Under the pieces are notes generated by a model. That model had not been told where the DNA came from and ran no database searches. It saw nothing but the letters and a program-made list of their open reading frames with translations. Position numbers and translations under genes: made by a program. Of a stretch of 64,000 nt of DNA, positions 38,757 through 47,634 are shown piece by piece; position 1 is the first letter of the stretch; every line of letters begins with the position of its first letter. The stretch is taken from contig JAFQHZ010000009.1 of NCBI GenBank assembly GCA_017415185.1, positions 9,979-73,978 of the forward strand, in the 5' to 3' direction. The stretch comes from Candidatus Gastranaerophilales bacterium. Lineage in GTDB: Bacteria > Cyanobacteriota > Vampirovibrionia > Gastranaerophilales > Gastranaerophilaceae.

Positions 38757-39685
38757 ATAAAAATTCGCGAATTGCAGTACTCTGCGGAGGCTTATCAAAC
38801 GAAAGAGAAGTTTCGCTTCGTTCAGGCAAAAACGTTTTTAAAGCATTAATCGAGCTTGGCTATAAAGACGTTACTTTAATTGATGTTGATAGAAACATTG
38901 CCTCCATTTTAAAAGAAGCAAAAATTGAATATGTAATTAATGTTTTACATGGAAGATATGGCGAAGATGGCTGTATTCAAGGCGTATTAGAATTTTTAAA
39001 CATTCCATATTCAGGCTGTAAAGTTAAAGCAAGCTCAATTTGTATGGATAAAATTATGACAAAAAAAGTTTTATCCACTGCCGGAATTCCTTTAATCAAT
39101 TCTGTTAATGTAACTTCAAAAAATTATAAAGAAGAAGTTAAAAAACTCAATTATCCAATTATTATTAAACCCGCAAACGAAGGTTCTTCAATTGGGATGA
39201 CGAAAGTTAATAGCGAGTCTGAGCTTGATAAAGCAATGGAAGAAGCTCTAAAATGCGACAGCGAAATTTTAATTGAAGAATATTTAGTTGGCGAATCTGC
39301 AACAGTTGGCGTTTTAGAACGTGAAATTGAAGGAAAAATTGAAACATTTGCAACTCCAATTCTTGGCTTTAAAACAAAAACAGAATGGTATGACTACGAA
39401 GCAAAATATACAAAAGGCTTAACAGAATTCATTTTGCCTGCTAATTTTGATGAAAATTTAACCAAAAAAATTCAAGATTTAGCAATTCTTGCACACAAAT
39501 CTTGCTCTTGCAGAGGAGTTTCTCGTGTTGACTTTTTGGTGCATAATAACATACCATATATATTAGAAATCAATACAAATCCCGGTATGACAGATACATC
39601 TGATTTACCTGCTCAAGCTTTAGAAATGGGCATAAATTACAACGAATTAGTCGAAATTATTTTAAAAACAGCGGAAATTAAATAA
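38735..39685 (+). CDS. ddl: D-alanine--D-alanine ligase
   Basis: It has GGLSNEREVSLRSG and ATP-grasp motifs (IIKPANEGSSIGM, EINTNPGMT). Confidence 0.92.
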   Translation: MENIKKINKNSRIAVLCGGLSNEREVSLRSGKNVFKALIELGYKDVTLIDVDRNIASILKEAKIEYVINVLHGRYGEDGCIQGVLEFLNIPYSGCKVKASSICMDKIMTKKVLSTAGIPLINSVNVTSKNYKEEVKKLNYPIIIKPANEGSSIGMTKVNSESELDKAMEEALKCDSEILIEEYLVGESATVGVLEREIEGKIETFATPILGFKTKTEWYDYEAKYTKGLTEFILPANFDENLTKKIQDLAILAHKSCSCRGVSRVDFLVHNNIPYILEINTNPGMTDTSDLPAQALEMGINYNELVEIILKTAEIK

Positions 39686-40678
39686 ATGGGATTACTTTAT
39701 CAAAAAAGAAGGCTCAAAGTTAATAAAATAAAAAGGCAAATTGCAGCAAACCGTACGCTTTTGATTCGTTTTAGAATGCTTTTGTCTTTGCTTTTGATAT
39801 TAGGAATTTCATATTTTTGTTATTGGGTTATAAAACTTCCGCATTGGTATATTGATTCAAACAAACTTGCCAAAGCAAGTTCTAATGTTTTGAAAATTCA
39901 GGGCAATTCAATCACTCCTGATTATAAAATTATCAATATGGTTCGCCAAACTCAATTGCCACAAACTCAAATTTTCAGACTAGACACAACAGAATTAGAA
40001 AACAATATTTCGCAACTTAACCCAATCAAAAAAGTGTATGTCAGAAGATATTGGTTTCCTGCAAGATTGGTTATTAACGTCGATGAAAGAACTCCTGCGT
40101 TTTTATTGGCTCCAAATCTCGAATCAGAGCCAAATTCTGCCCTTACAACAGACGGGGTTTTAATTGATCATGATTATTTGCCATTAAATTCCACTGTTAA
40201 AACCAAAAAACTTTTAACTTATGGGGTAAAAGACGGGCTTGACGAAGTTTGGGACAAAAAACGAGTTGAAGAAATTTTAAAACTTATTAAAGCAATCGAA
40301 GCATATTCTAATCAAGAGGTGCAATATATTGATTTAAGAAATCAAAAAGATGTTTATATAATGCTTGAAGAATATTTAATTCGTTTAGGAGAAATCAACG
40401 ACACAACTCTTAATCGAGCTCGTTGGATTGCTTCTATTTTGCCTGAGGCAAGAAAATATAATCAAAAAGTTAAATATATTGATTTAAGATGGGATGATTC
40501 ATATTATCTTCGCTTAAAAGAATCAAAAGAAGAAGTTAAAAAAGAATTAACCAAAAAACCTCAAGAAGAAACAAAAGAAGAAGAAATTCAAGCTCAACAA
40601 GCGGCAAAAATACAAAATGTTGAAACAATAAAACCAGAAACAGAAAAAGAAGAAGAAAAGCAAAACGAACAAAATTAA
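39686..40678 (+). CDS. ftsQ: cell division protein FtsQ/DivIB-like
   Basis: A single TM helix is followed by a POTRA-like region. It sits immediately after ddl. It has a Lys/Glu-rich C-terminal tail. Confidence 0.7.
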   Translation: MGLLYQKRRLKVNKIKRQIAANRTLLIRFRMLLSLLLILGISYFCYWVIKLPHWYIDSNKLAKASSNVLKIQGNSITPDYKIINMVRQTQLPQTQIFRLDTTELENNISQLNPIKKVYVRRYWFPARLVINVDERTPAFLLAPNLESEPNSALTTDGVLIDHDYLPLNSTVKTKKLLTYGVKDGLDEVWDKKRVEEILKLIKAIEAYSNQEVQYIDLRNQKDVYIMLEEYLIRLGEINDTTLNRARWIASILPEARKYNQKVKYIDLRWDDSYYLRLKESKEEVKKELTKKPQEETKEEEIQAQQAAKIQNVETIKPETEKEEEKQNEQN

Positions 40679-40703
40679 ATATAAAACGTTATAATATACA
40701 TCT

Positions 40704-42281
40704 ATGAAAGAAAATATGAAAAACAAAAAATATATTATTGCACTCACCTTTTTAATATTGTTTTTAAGTTGTCAAAATGTTTTTGCCATTGAAGAAGAGC
40801 AAGGTCAAATAAATAAAAAACCAAAATTTTCTTTTTTCAAAAAAAAGACAACAAACACCACAACCAAAAAGAAAAAAAGCAAAGTTGAAGAGATAAAATT
40901 GCCAGAAGTTTTAGAAGGAAAACCTAAAATTCCTTTTAACCAGCTTTCAACAATGACAATCGACGATTGCGTTGAATATGCAATTAATCACAATCCAAAT
41001 TTGTCAGTTTCTTCTGAAAGAATTAAAGCCGCAAAATCGGGCATTGGACAAGCTCGCTCAAGCTATGCTCCAAGATTAACAGCAAGAGTTAGCTATAATC
41101 ACAACGACACCAAAGCAACAAATTTACATACAAACCAAGATAGCGGCGGTTTCAGCGTTGGAATTTCTGAAATGATTTGGGATTTTGGACGCACAACAGC
41201 CAAAATTAATATGGCAAAATATGATACTGAATCTGCTACTTATGATTATGATTATGATGTTTTAAATGTTGTTTATAATGTTAGAATCAATTATTTTAAA
41301 GTACTTCAAGCGCTAGCCCATCTTGATATTTACGAACAAAACGTTAGAATCCAAACACTGAATCAAGAGCGCACGCAAGCAATGTTTGACGAGGGTTTAA
41401 AATCTAAAATTGATGTTGTAAATGCGCAAGTTAATTTAACAGATGCCAAGATTCAACTTGTCGAAGGGCAAAACACGCTTCAAACCGCTTTAATCAACCT
41501 TAAAAACTCAATGTTTTATCAAGAGGACAAGCCTTTCATAGTTAAAAACACTGAAAATTTCAACTTTTTAAAATCTGACTATAAGAAAAAAGTCGAAAGT
41601 TTGACAACAATTAAGCCTAGCGTTGATGTTGTGAAAAAAAATGAAGATGGCTTAATTATGCTCACATCAGGAATTGAGCACAAAGATATTATTCAAAACT
41701 TTGAATTTCAGCCAATGCTAATCACGAAAAAAGAAGCAGTTGAACAAGCGCTTGAACTTCGTCCTGATTTAAAATCAAACGAAATGCTCGCAAATCTTCA
41801 AGAAGAAAGCTTGAAAGCTATTAAAAAACAATATGCTCCAGAACTAAGCGCAGACTTGTCTTGGGGATATACAAAATACGATAGCCGTTATTCAAGCCCA
41901 TTGCAGCTTGGTGCAAGCTTAGGGTTAGGCTCAATTAATCCTATGAACATTCATTATCAAGTTAAAGAAGGCGAAAGTATGCTTGATATAGCACATCATA
42001 ATGTTAATATCGCAAAAACTGATATTTTTTGGGAAGTTCAAACTAATTATGTTAATATGCGCCAGCTAGAGCGAAAAATTCCTTTAATGAATATGAAAGT
42101 TAAAGCAACGCTTGAAAACTTCGAACTCGCAGATGGAAGATATAGCGTTGGTTTAAATAATTATGTTGAATTACAAGATGCACTAACTAACTACAACAAT
42201 TCACAGTTGAATTTTGTAGAAGCTGTGTTTAATTATAATGTAGCAAGAGAAACCTTATTAAAATCAATGGGGGTTAAATGA
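40704..42281 (+). CDS. TolC-family outer-membrane efflux protein
   Basis: It has a signal peptide and a two-fold repeat of OEP-type helices (NP.L......I..A......A.....P). It is the first gene of the efflux operon. Confidence 0.8.
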   Translation: MKENMKNKKYIIALTFLILFLSCQNVFAIEEEQGQINKKPKFSFFKKKTTNTTTKKKKSKVEEIKLPEVLEGKPKIPFNQLSTMTIDDCVEYAINHNPNLSVSSERIKAAKSGIGQARSSYAPRLTARVSYNHNDTKATNLHTNQDSGGFSVGISEMIWDFGRTTAKINMAKYDTESATYDYDYDVLNVVYNVRINYFKVLQALAHLDIYEQNVRIQTLNQERTQAMFDEGLKSKIDVVNAQVNLTDAKIQLVEGQNTLQTALINLKNSMFYQEDKPFIVKNTENFNFLKSDYKKKVESLTTIKPSVDVVKKNEDGLIMLTSGIEHKDIIQNFEFQPMLITKKEAVEQALELRPDLKSNEMLANLQEESLKAIKKQYAPELSADLSWGYTKYDSRYSSPLQLGASLGLGSINPMNIHYQVKEGESMLDIAHHNVNIAKTDIFWEVQTNYVNMRQLERKIPLMNMKVKATLENFELADGRYSVGLNNYVELQDALTNYNNSQLNFVEAVFNYNVARETLLKSMGVK

Positions 42282-43420
42282 AAAAACGATATATAATTGG
42301 AGTTATTATTTCAAGTTTCATATTATTGTTATTAATGACTTTTGTAAAAAATGGCTCAATAAATTACACAACAAAACCAGTCGCAAAAGCAACAATAACA
42401 CAACAAGTTGAAGCTTCTGGTTCTATAAAACCAATAAACACCGTTGCCGTTGGTACGCAAGTTTCAGGAACAGTTCAAAAAATTTATGTCGATTATAATT
42501 CAACTGTAAAAAAAGGCGATTTATTAGCAGAACTTGACCCAAGTTTATTTCAAGCAAATGTTGATCAATCTCAGGCTAAGTTAAACAATGCAAAAGCAAC
42601 TCTGGCTCGCACGCAAGCAATGCTTAATTATAAAAAAAATAACTATCAAAGATATAAACACCTTTATGAAAAACATTACGTTTCAAGAGACGATGTCGAA
42701 CTAGCTCAAGCAAACTATTTACAAGCTCGCGCAGAGCTTGAATCTGCTAATGCAGATGTTAATGCAACAAAAGCTGCACTAGAAAACAATTTAACCAATT
42801 TAAGATATTCGAAAATCACATCTCCTGTTGATGGAACAGTTATATCAAGAGCGGTTGACGAAGGTCAAACTGTTGCCGCAAGCTTCAATACTCCAACATT
42901 GTTTGAAATTGCAAAAGACTTAACAAAAATGCAAATCGAAACAAGCGTATCAGAAGCAGATATTGGAAAAATCAAAGTAGGTCAAGAAGCCTCATATACC
43001 CTTGATGGATATCAAGACAAAAAATTCTACGGTAAAGTGACACAAGTTCGTCTTGCTTCAACTACAACAAACAATGTTGTAACTTATACGGTTATAATTT
43101 CTGTTGATAATTCAGAAGGCTTTATAATTCCTGGAATGACTGCAAACGTTTCAATTAAAGTTGGCGAAGCCAAAGACGTTTTGTGCGTTGAAAATAGAGC
43201 ATTTAAATTTTCAATGGATGACACTAAAAAATATGAAAAACAAGGCGTTTGGGTTTTAACTTCGTCAGGTCCAAAAAGATTCAATGTTGAAATAGGTTTG
43301 TCGGATGATAATAAATCTCAGATTATTTCAAACGAAATAAAAGAAGGAGATAAAATCATCATTTCATCAGGCTCAAACAAAAAGAAACAACAAACAAAAC
43401 CAATGGGCAGACCATTTTAA
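42278..43420 (+). CDS. HlyD/MacA-type periplasmic adaptor (membrane fusion) protein
   Basis: It has an N-terminal anchor, a lipoyl/barrel-sandwich motif (V.GTV..I.VD.NS.VKKGD.LAELDP), a coiled-coil hairpin and a beta-barrel domain. Confidence 0.85.
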   Translation: MKKRYIIGVIISSFILLLLMTFVKNGSINYTTKPVAKATITQQVEASGSIKPINTVAVGTQVSGTVQKIYVDYNSTVKKGDLLAELDPSLFQANVDQSQAKLNNAKATLARTQAMLNYKKNNYQRYKHLYEKHYVSRDDVELAQANYLQARAELESANADVNATKAALENNLTNLRYSKITSPVDGTVISRAVDEGQTVAASFNTPTLFEIAKDLTKMQIETSVSEADIGKIKVGQEASYTLDGYQDKKFYGKVTQVRLASTTTNNVVTYTVIISVDNSEGFIIPGMTANVSIKVGEAKDVLCVENRAFKFSMDDTKKYEKQGVWVLTSSGPKRFNVEIGLSDDNKSQIISNEIKEGDKIIISSGSNKKKQQTKPMGRPF

Positions 43421-43443
43421 TAAACTCAATCAAAAGAGGAAAT

Positions 43444-44160
43444 ATGGCATTAATCAAGGTTAAAAACGCAATAAGAACATATCAAATGGGCGATGAAACA
43501 TTTTACGCCTTAAACGATGTCTCTTTTGAAATTGAAGAAGGCGAATTTGTTGCAATAATGGGAACTTCAGGCTCTGGAAAATCAACCTGTATGAATATGC
43601 TAGGAACGCTTGATAAACCAACTAGCGGAGAATATTATCTTGATGGAGCAGATGTTTTTTCTCTTTCAAGCGATGAATTATCCGAAATAAGAAACAATAA
43701 AATTGGCTTTGTTTTTCAAGGATTCAACTTAATTTCAAGAACTTCAGCAATTGATAATGTTTGTTTGCCAATGATATATAAAGGTTTAAGCGAAGAAGAA
43801 AGATATAAGAAAGCAAGAGAAGCACTGAAAATTGTGGGTTTAGAAAATAAAGAAAACAACATGCCTTCTCAAATGTCTGGCGGTCAACAGCAAAGGGTTG
43901 CAATCGCAAGGGCAATTGTTAATGATGCACCTTTAATTTTAGCAGACGAACCAACAGGAAATTTAGACACCAAAACAAGCATTGACGTTATGGAATTTTT
44001 TGTTAATTTGAATAAAAAATTTGGAAAAACTGTCGTTTTGGTAACTCACGAGCCCGATATTGCACAATATACAAAAAGAATAATCCGCTTTAAAGACGGC
44101 AAAATTGTTTCCGATTTATCCAAAGAAGAATGGGAAAAACAAAGAAACAGGCAAACATAA
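43444..44160 (+). CDS. ABC transporter ATP-binding protein (MacB/LolD-like)
   Basis: Walker A is GTSGSGKST, the signature is MSGGQQQRVAIARA and Walker B is ILADEPTGNLD. Confidence 0.9.
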   Translation: MALIKVKNAIRTYQMGDETFYALNDVSFEIEEGEFVAIMGTSGSGKSTCMNMLGTLDKPTSGEYYLDGADVFSLSSDELSEIRNNKIGFVFQGFNLISRTSAIDNVCLPMIYKGLSEEERYKKAREALKIVGLENKENNMPSQMSGGQQQRVAIARAIVNDAPLILADEPTGNLDTKTSIDVMEFFVNLNKKFGKTVVLVTHEPDIAQYTKRIIRFKDGKIVSDLSKEEWEKQRNRQT

Positions 44161-44173
44161 TAAAAAGGACAAA

Positions 44174-44584
44174 ATGGAAAAAATTTTAGAAATTTATTTA
44201 ATTGCAACAAACACCATTGCGCTTGTTTCGCTCATTGGCTTTATAATATTAATTTCAACTAAAATTTCACAAAAAAATCCTTTTAGGGTTGCAAGCTGGC
44301 TTATTTTAATTGTCACATTAATTGGAATGTATTTATATATTCCTTCTAGGCTTTTTATTTCAGGCATAATTAATCAGAATATTAATCATTTAAAGACCGC
44401 AATTAAATTTTCAATTAATCCAGTCGAAAAAAGACTTTGCGAAGAATATATAAAAAACATTCAAAATAAATATATAAGTCCTGAAATATATAAAAAGATT
44501 GATAAACTTAAAAAAATGGATTTATTATTTTTCGAAATTCAAAACACTTATAATTTAAAAATGGAAAAATTAAGGAAAAATTAA
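44174..44584 (+). CDS. small hypothetical membrane protein inserted between the ABC ATPase and permease genes
   Basis: Starting from ATG 44174 it is 136 aa, with two hydrophobic helices and then a Lys-rich tail. Its stop overlaps the permease start (TAATG). Confidence 0.45.
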   Translation: MEKILEIYLIATNTIALVSLIGFIILISTKISQKNPFRVASWLILIVTLIGMYLYIPSRLFISGIINQNINHLKTAIKFSINPVEKRLCEEYIKNIQNKYISPEIYKKIDKLKKMDLLFFEIQNTYNLKMEKLRKN

Positions 44585-45810
44585 TGATAGATTATAAATC
44601 AACATTGCAAATTGCGCTTAATTCTCTAAAAGTTAATAAAATGCGCTCTGCACTAACTTCATTAGGCATTATTATTGGCGTTGCAGCAGTTATTATCATG
44701 CTTGCAATTGGTTCTGGCGCAAACAAACAAGTCCAAGAAAATATGGAATCAATGGGTTCTAATCTTTTAACAATTCGTTCCGCTACTGCTAAAACTGGCG
44801 GGGTTTCAATGGGAATGGGAACAAAGCCAACTCTTAGCGTTAAAGACGCAATTGCAATCAAAAGACAAGCACGAGGAGTTGAAGCAGTTGCTCCTGTTTT
44901 GAATTCTTCAAAACAAGTTATGTATGGGAATCAAAACTGGTCTACAACAGTTTATGGCGTTGACACAGCATACTTATACGCAAAAAATTATGAAATTAAT
45001 TTAGGCAAAAGTTTCAATAGAGACGATGACAATAATGCAGCAAAAGTTGCACTAATCGGAAAAACTATTGAAACTGAGCTTTTTGGAGACGTTAATCCTA
45101 TCGGAAAAACTATCCGCATTGGAAATGTTCCTTTTAAAGTTCTTGGAACATTAAAATCTAAAGGACAAATGGGAGCAATGGACCAAGACGATTTAATTTT
45201 TATACCCATTACAACGGCGCAAAGAAAAGTTTTTGGAACAGATTTCCCAGGGGCAGTCAGCCAAATTATAGTTAAAGCAAAATCAATTGAAGATTCCGCA
45301 ATTGCACAAAAAGATATCGAAGAAATTTTGAGACGTCGTCATAATCTTGGCAAAGCGCAACCTAACGATTTTCAAATTAGAAACAGCGCAGAATTTCAAG
45401 AAAAAATGAAATCAACAGTTCAAACTTTTGCAATTTTATTGGCTTCAATTGCTTCTGTTTCTTTGATTGTTGGAGGAATTGGCATTATGAATATCATGCT
45501 TGTTTCTGTAACCGAGAGAACAAAAGAAATTGGAATTAGGATGGCAATTGGTGCAAGAGCGGTTGATATAAGAACTCAATTTTTAATCGAAGCTCTTGTT
45601 CTTTCACTGTTAGGAGGCTTAATTGGAGTAATAGTTGGAATTATAATTGCCATTTTGATAGGCAAAATTTTTGCAACTTCAATCGTTATTTCCGCTTTTC
45701 CAATATTTTTGTCTTTTGGTTTTTCGGGACTTGTTGGAATCGGATTTGGCTATTATCCAGCTTATAAAGCAAGCTTATTAAACCCAATTGATGCTTTAAG
45801 ATATGAATAA
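44584..45810 (+). CDS. ABC transporter permease, MacB periplasmic-core + FtsX domain
   Basis: It has an N-terminal TM helix, a large periplasmic domain and a C-terminal FtsX-type 3-TM bundle (ERTKEIGIRMAIGA). Confidence 0.88.
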   Translation: MIDYKSTLQIALNSLKVNKMRSALTSLGIIIGVAAVIIMLAIGSGANKQVQENMESMGSNLLTIRSATAKTGGVSMGMGTKPTLSVKDAIAIKRQARGVEAVAPVLNSSKQVMYGNQNWSTTVYGVDTAYLYAKNYEINLGKSFNRDDDNNAAKVALIGKTIETELFGDVNPIGKTIRIGNVPFKVLGTLKSKGQMGAMDQDDLIFIPITTAQRKVFGTDFPGAVSQIIVKAKSIEDSAIAQKDIEEILRRRHNLGKAQPNDFQIRNSAEFQEKMKSTVQTFAILLASIASVSLIVGGIGIMNIMLVSVTERTKEIGIRMAIGARAVDIRTQFLIEALVLSLLGGLIGVIVGIIIAILIGKIFATSIVISAFPIFLSFGFSGLVGIGFGYYPAYKASLLNPIDALRYE

Positions 45811-47631
45811 ATTTTTTATTCTATCTTTGATTGTTGGTTTGTAGCCTTCGATTATTTTTAGGATTTCATTTTGGTTTGGAATATTTTTGGCATAGATGTT
45901 GTGGAGTTTGTTGCCTAGTTGTTTTATTCTTTCGTCATTGAAGATATTGGGTTGTTTTTGAGTGTTGTTTATTTCATCTGATATCATTTGTTTTATTTTA
46001 TCTTCATTGAGAGATTCTAGGGTTTTTATTATTTCAAGATATATTATTTTAGAATATTTCTTTTCTATGATTTCTTGTATTTTTTCTTTTGGTGTATTTG
46101 TGTAATATAGTTTGAAGTATTTTAGGTAGGCTTGGTAAAGGTGGAGTCTAGTATCTGTATTTTTAGAACTAGATTGAACACAACAAGCTCCTATGATAAC
46201 ATTGAGGAATTTTTTAATGTATTTTTTGTTGTTGAGGAGGATGGCGCAAAGAAAGCCTAAATAATTTTCTTTCAAATTAGTTTGAAAAAAATCACTCGAA
46301 GGCAATTCAAAAACAATATACTTATATAAATCCAATATTTCTTCAATTGTTTCATTTTCAATTTTTTGATTTTTTGAACAAAAAATATTTTGAATTTTCC
46401 TTTCATAATAAAATTTCTTCTCACTTAACATTATTGGATTTGAAAATTCATTTGCATAAATTGAAACTGTTGGAAATCCAAGAAAAGAACAATTTCTGAT
46501 ATAAATGTCATCAGTGTGCCTTAAGACAAGTTTAGCTAGGTTATTAAACATTGTTTTATTGTCTATTTCTTCATTGAATAGCCAAGTACCTTTGCTAAAT
46601 TCATAATCTGGTTTATTTGTTAGGATTTTTTTAATATGTTGGTTTGTTTTTTTGAGGAATCTTTCATTACGAAACTGATTTGTTATTATTTTCCTTAACG
46701 TAATTTGCTCAGCACTTGCAATATACCTTGCACATTTTCTATATTTTTCAAATTCACTATTACCTTGCAAAAATTCAGTTAAGCTTCGTTCTAGTGCAAT
46801 TGGGAAATATGGATGAGCACCAAATTTGAATACTACTCCATTTTTAGGGCAAATCTTATCTTCAAATATTGCACATATTGCTGGAAAATTATTGTCTAAT
46901 GAAGCGTCTTTAAGTGTTACGCCATATCCTAGGTTTTCTATTTCTTTAATTAATCCCATGATATTTTCATATTGTTCATAGTATTCTTTTGGAATATTTG
47001 GCATTGATATTTTTTTAACAAAGATTTGCTTAGCGCAATATCTTTCAATAACTTCACTTAATCCTTGAACGGAAGCTTCTTCAAATGTATTACCTGCAGC
47101 GAAGCCATTTGAGCCTTGAATACACATTTTTAAAAAAGAAGGAAAATATCTTATGCTTCTAGTTTTATAGGACAAAAAAGGAACAAAAATTATTCTTATT
47201 TGATTAGCCTCATTTATATTTTTTAAAGAAAAAATTTCTTCCGCAAGTTTTGATACCTCAAATCCTTCTTTAACTATTAAATTATTTTCTTGAATAATTT
47301 TTTTAAACCTATTGTCTCGCAAGCTGAATTTTTCGATTTTTTCGTCAGCGGCATAACAAAATTTTTCACCATTAAACTGAATTAACAACCCTGTCTGCAT
47401 TCTTTCTATAAATTCTGCATGAGCACTAGCAACAGCATTAACAAAACAAGAGCCTTTACCATTTGCTCTAATATTTTTATCGAAGTTTTTAATTTTCAAA
47501 ACAACACAAAAATGACTTTGCCCAGATTCAACATCTATAATTTCTATTTCAATACCAAGTTTATCAAGGATTTTCTTGATTCTTTTTACTGTGTTTTCAG
47601 GTGTTTCATCTTTTCTTATGCTATATTCCAT
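45796..47631 (-). CDS. YcaO-superfamily protein, stand-alone E. coli-like type, paralog A (611 aa)
   Basis: The motif ANGKGSCFVNAVASAHAEFIERMQT and the motif SNGFAAGNTFEEASVQGLSEVIERY match the YcaO ATP/Mg-binding signatures. It has a long helical C-terminal half. Confidence 0.8.
   Translation of the reverse strand: MEYSIRKDETPENTVKRIKKILDKLGIEIEIIDVESGQSHFCVVLKIKNFDKNIRANGKGSCFVNAVASAHAEFIERMQTGLLIQFNGEKFCYAADEKIEKFSLRDNRFKKIIQENNLIVKEGFEVSKLAEEIFSLKNINEANQIRIIFVPFLSYKTRSIRYFPSFLKMCIQGSNGFAAGNTFEEASVQGLSEVIERYCAKQIFVKKISMPNIPKEYYEQYENIMGLIKEIENLGYGVTLKDASLDNNFPAICAIFEDKICPKNGVVFKFGAHPYFPIALERSLTEFLQGNSEFEKYRKCARYIASAEQITLRKIITNQFRNERFLKKTNQHIKKILTNKPDYEFSKGTWLFNEEIDNKTMFNNLAKLVLRHTDDIYIRNCSFLGFPTVSIYANEFSNPIMLSEKKFYYERKIQNIFCSKNQKIENETIEEILDLYKYIVFELPSSDFFQTNLKENYLGFLCAILLNNKKYIKKFLNVIIGACCVQSSSKNTDTRLHLYQAYLKYFKLYYTNTPKEKIQEIIEKKYSKIIYLEIIKTLESLNEDKIKQMISDEINNTQKQPNIFNDERIKQLGNKLHNIYAKNIPNQNEILKIIEGYKPTIKDRIKNLFIS
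45812..46242. repeat. ~431-bp near-identical direct repeat (copy 1; partner at 52254-52684)
   Basis: By eye the two copies align without gaps at a constant offset of 6442 bp, with only scattered mismatches. The repeat covers the C-terminal ~145 codons of YcaO paralogs A and D. Confidence 0.85.
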
Positions 47632-47634
47632 TTG

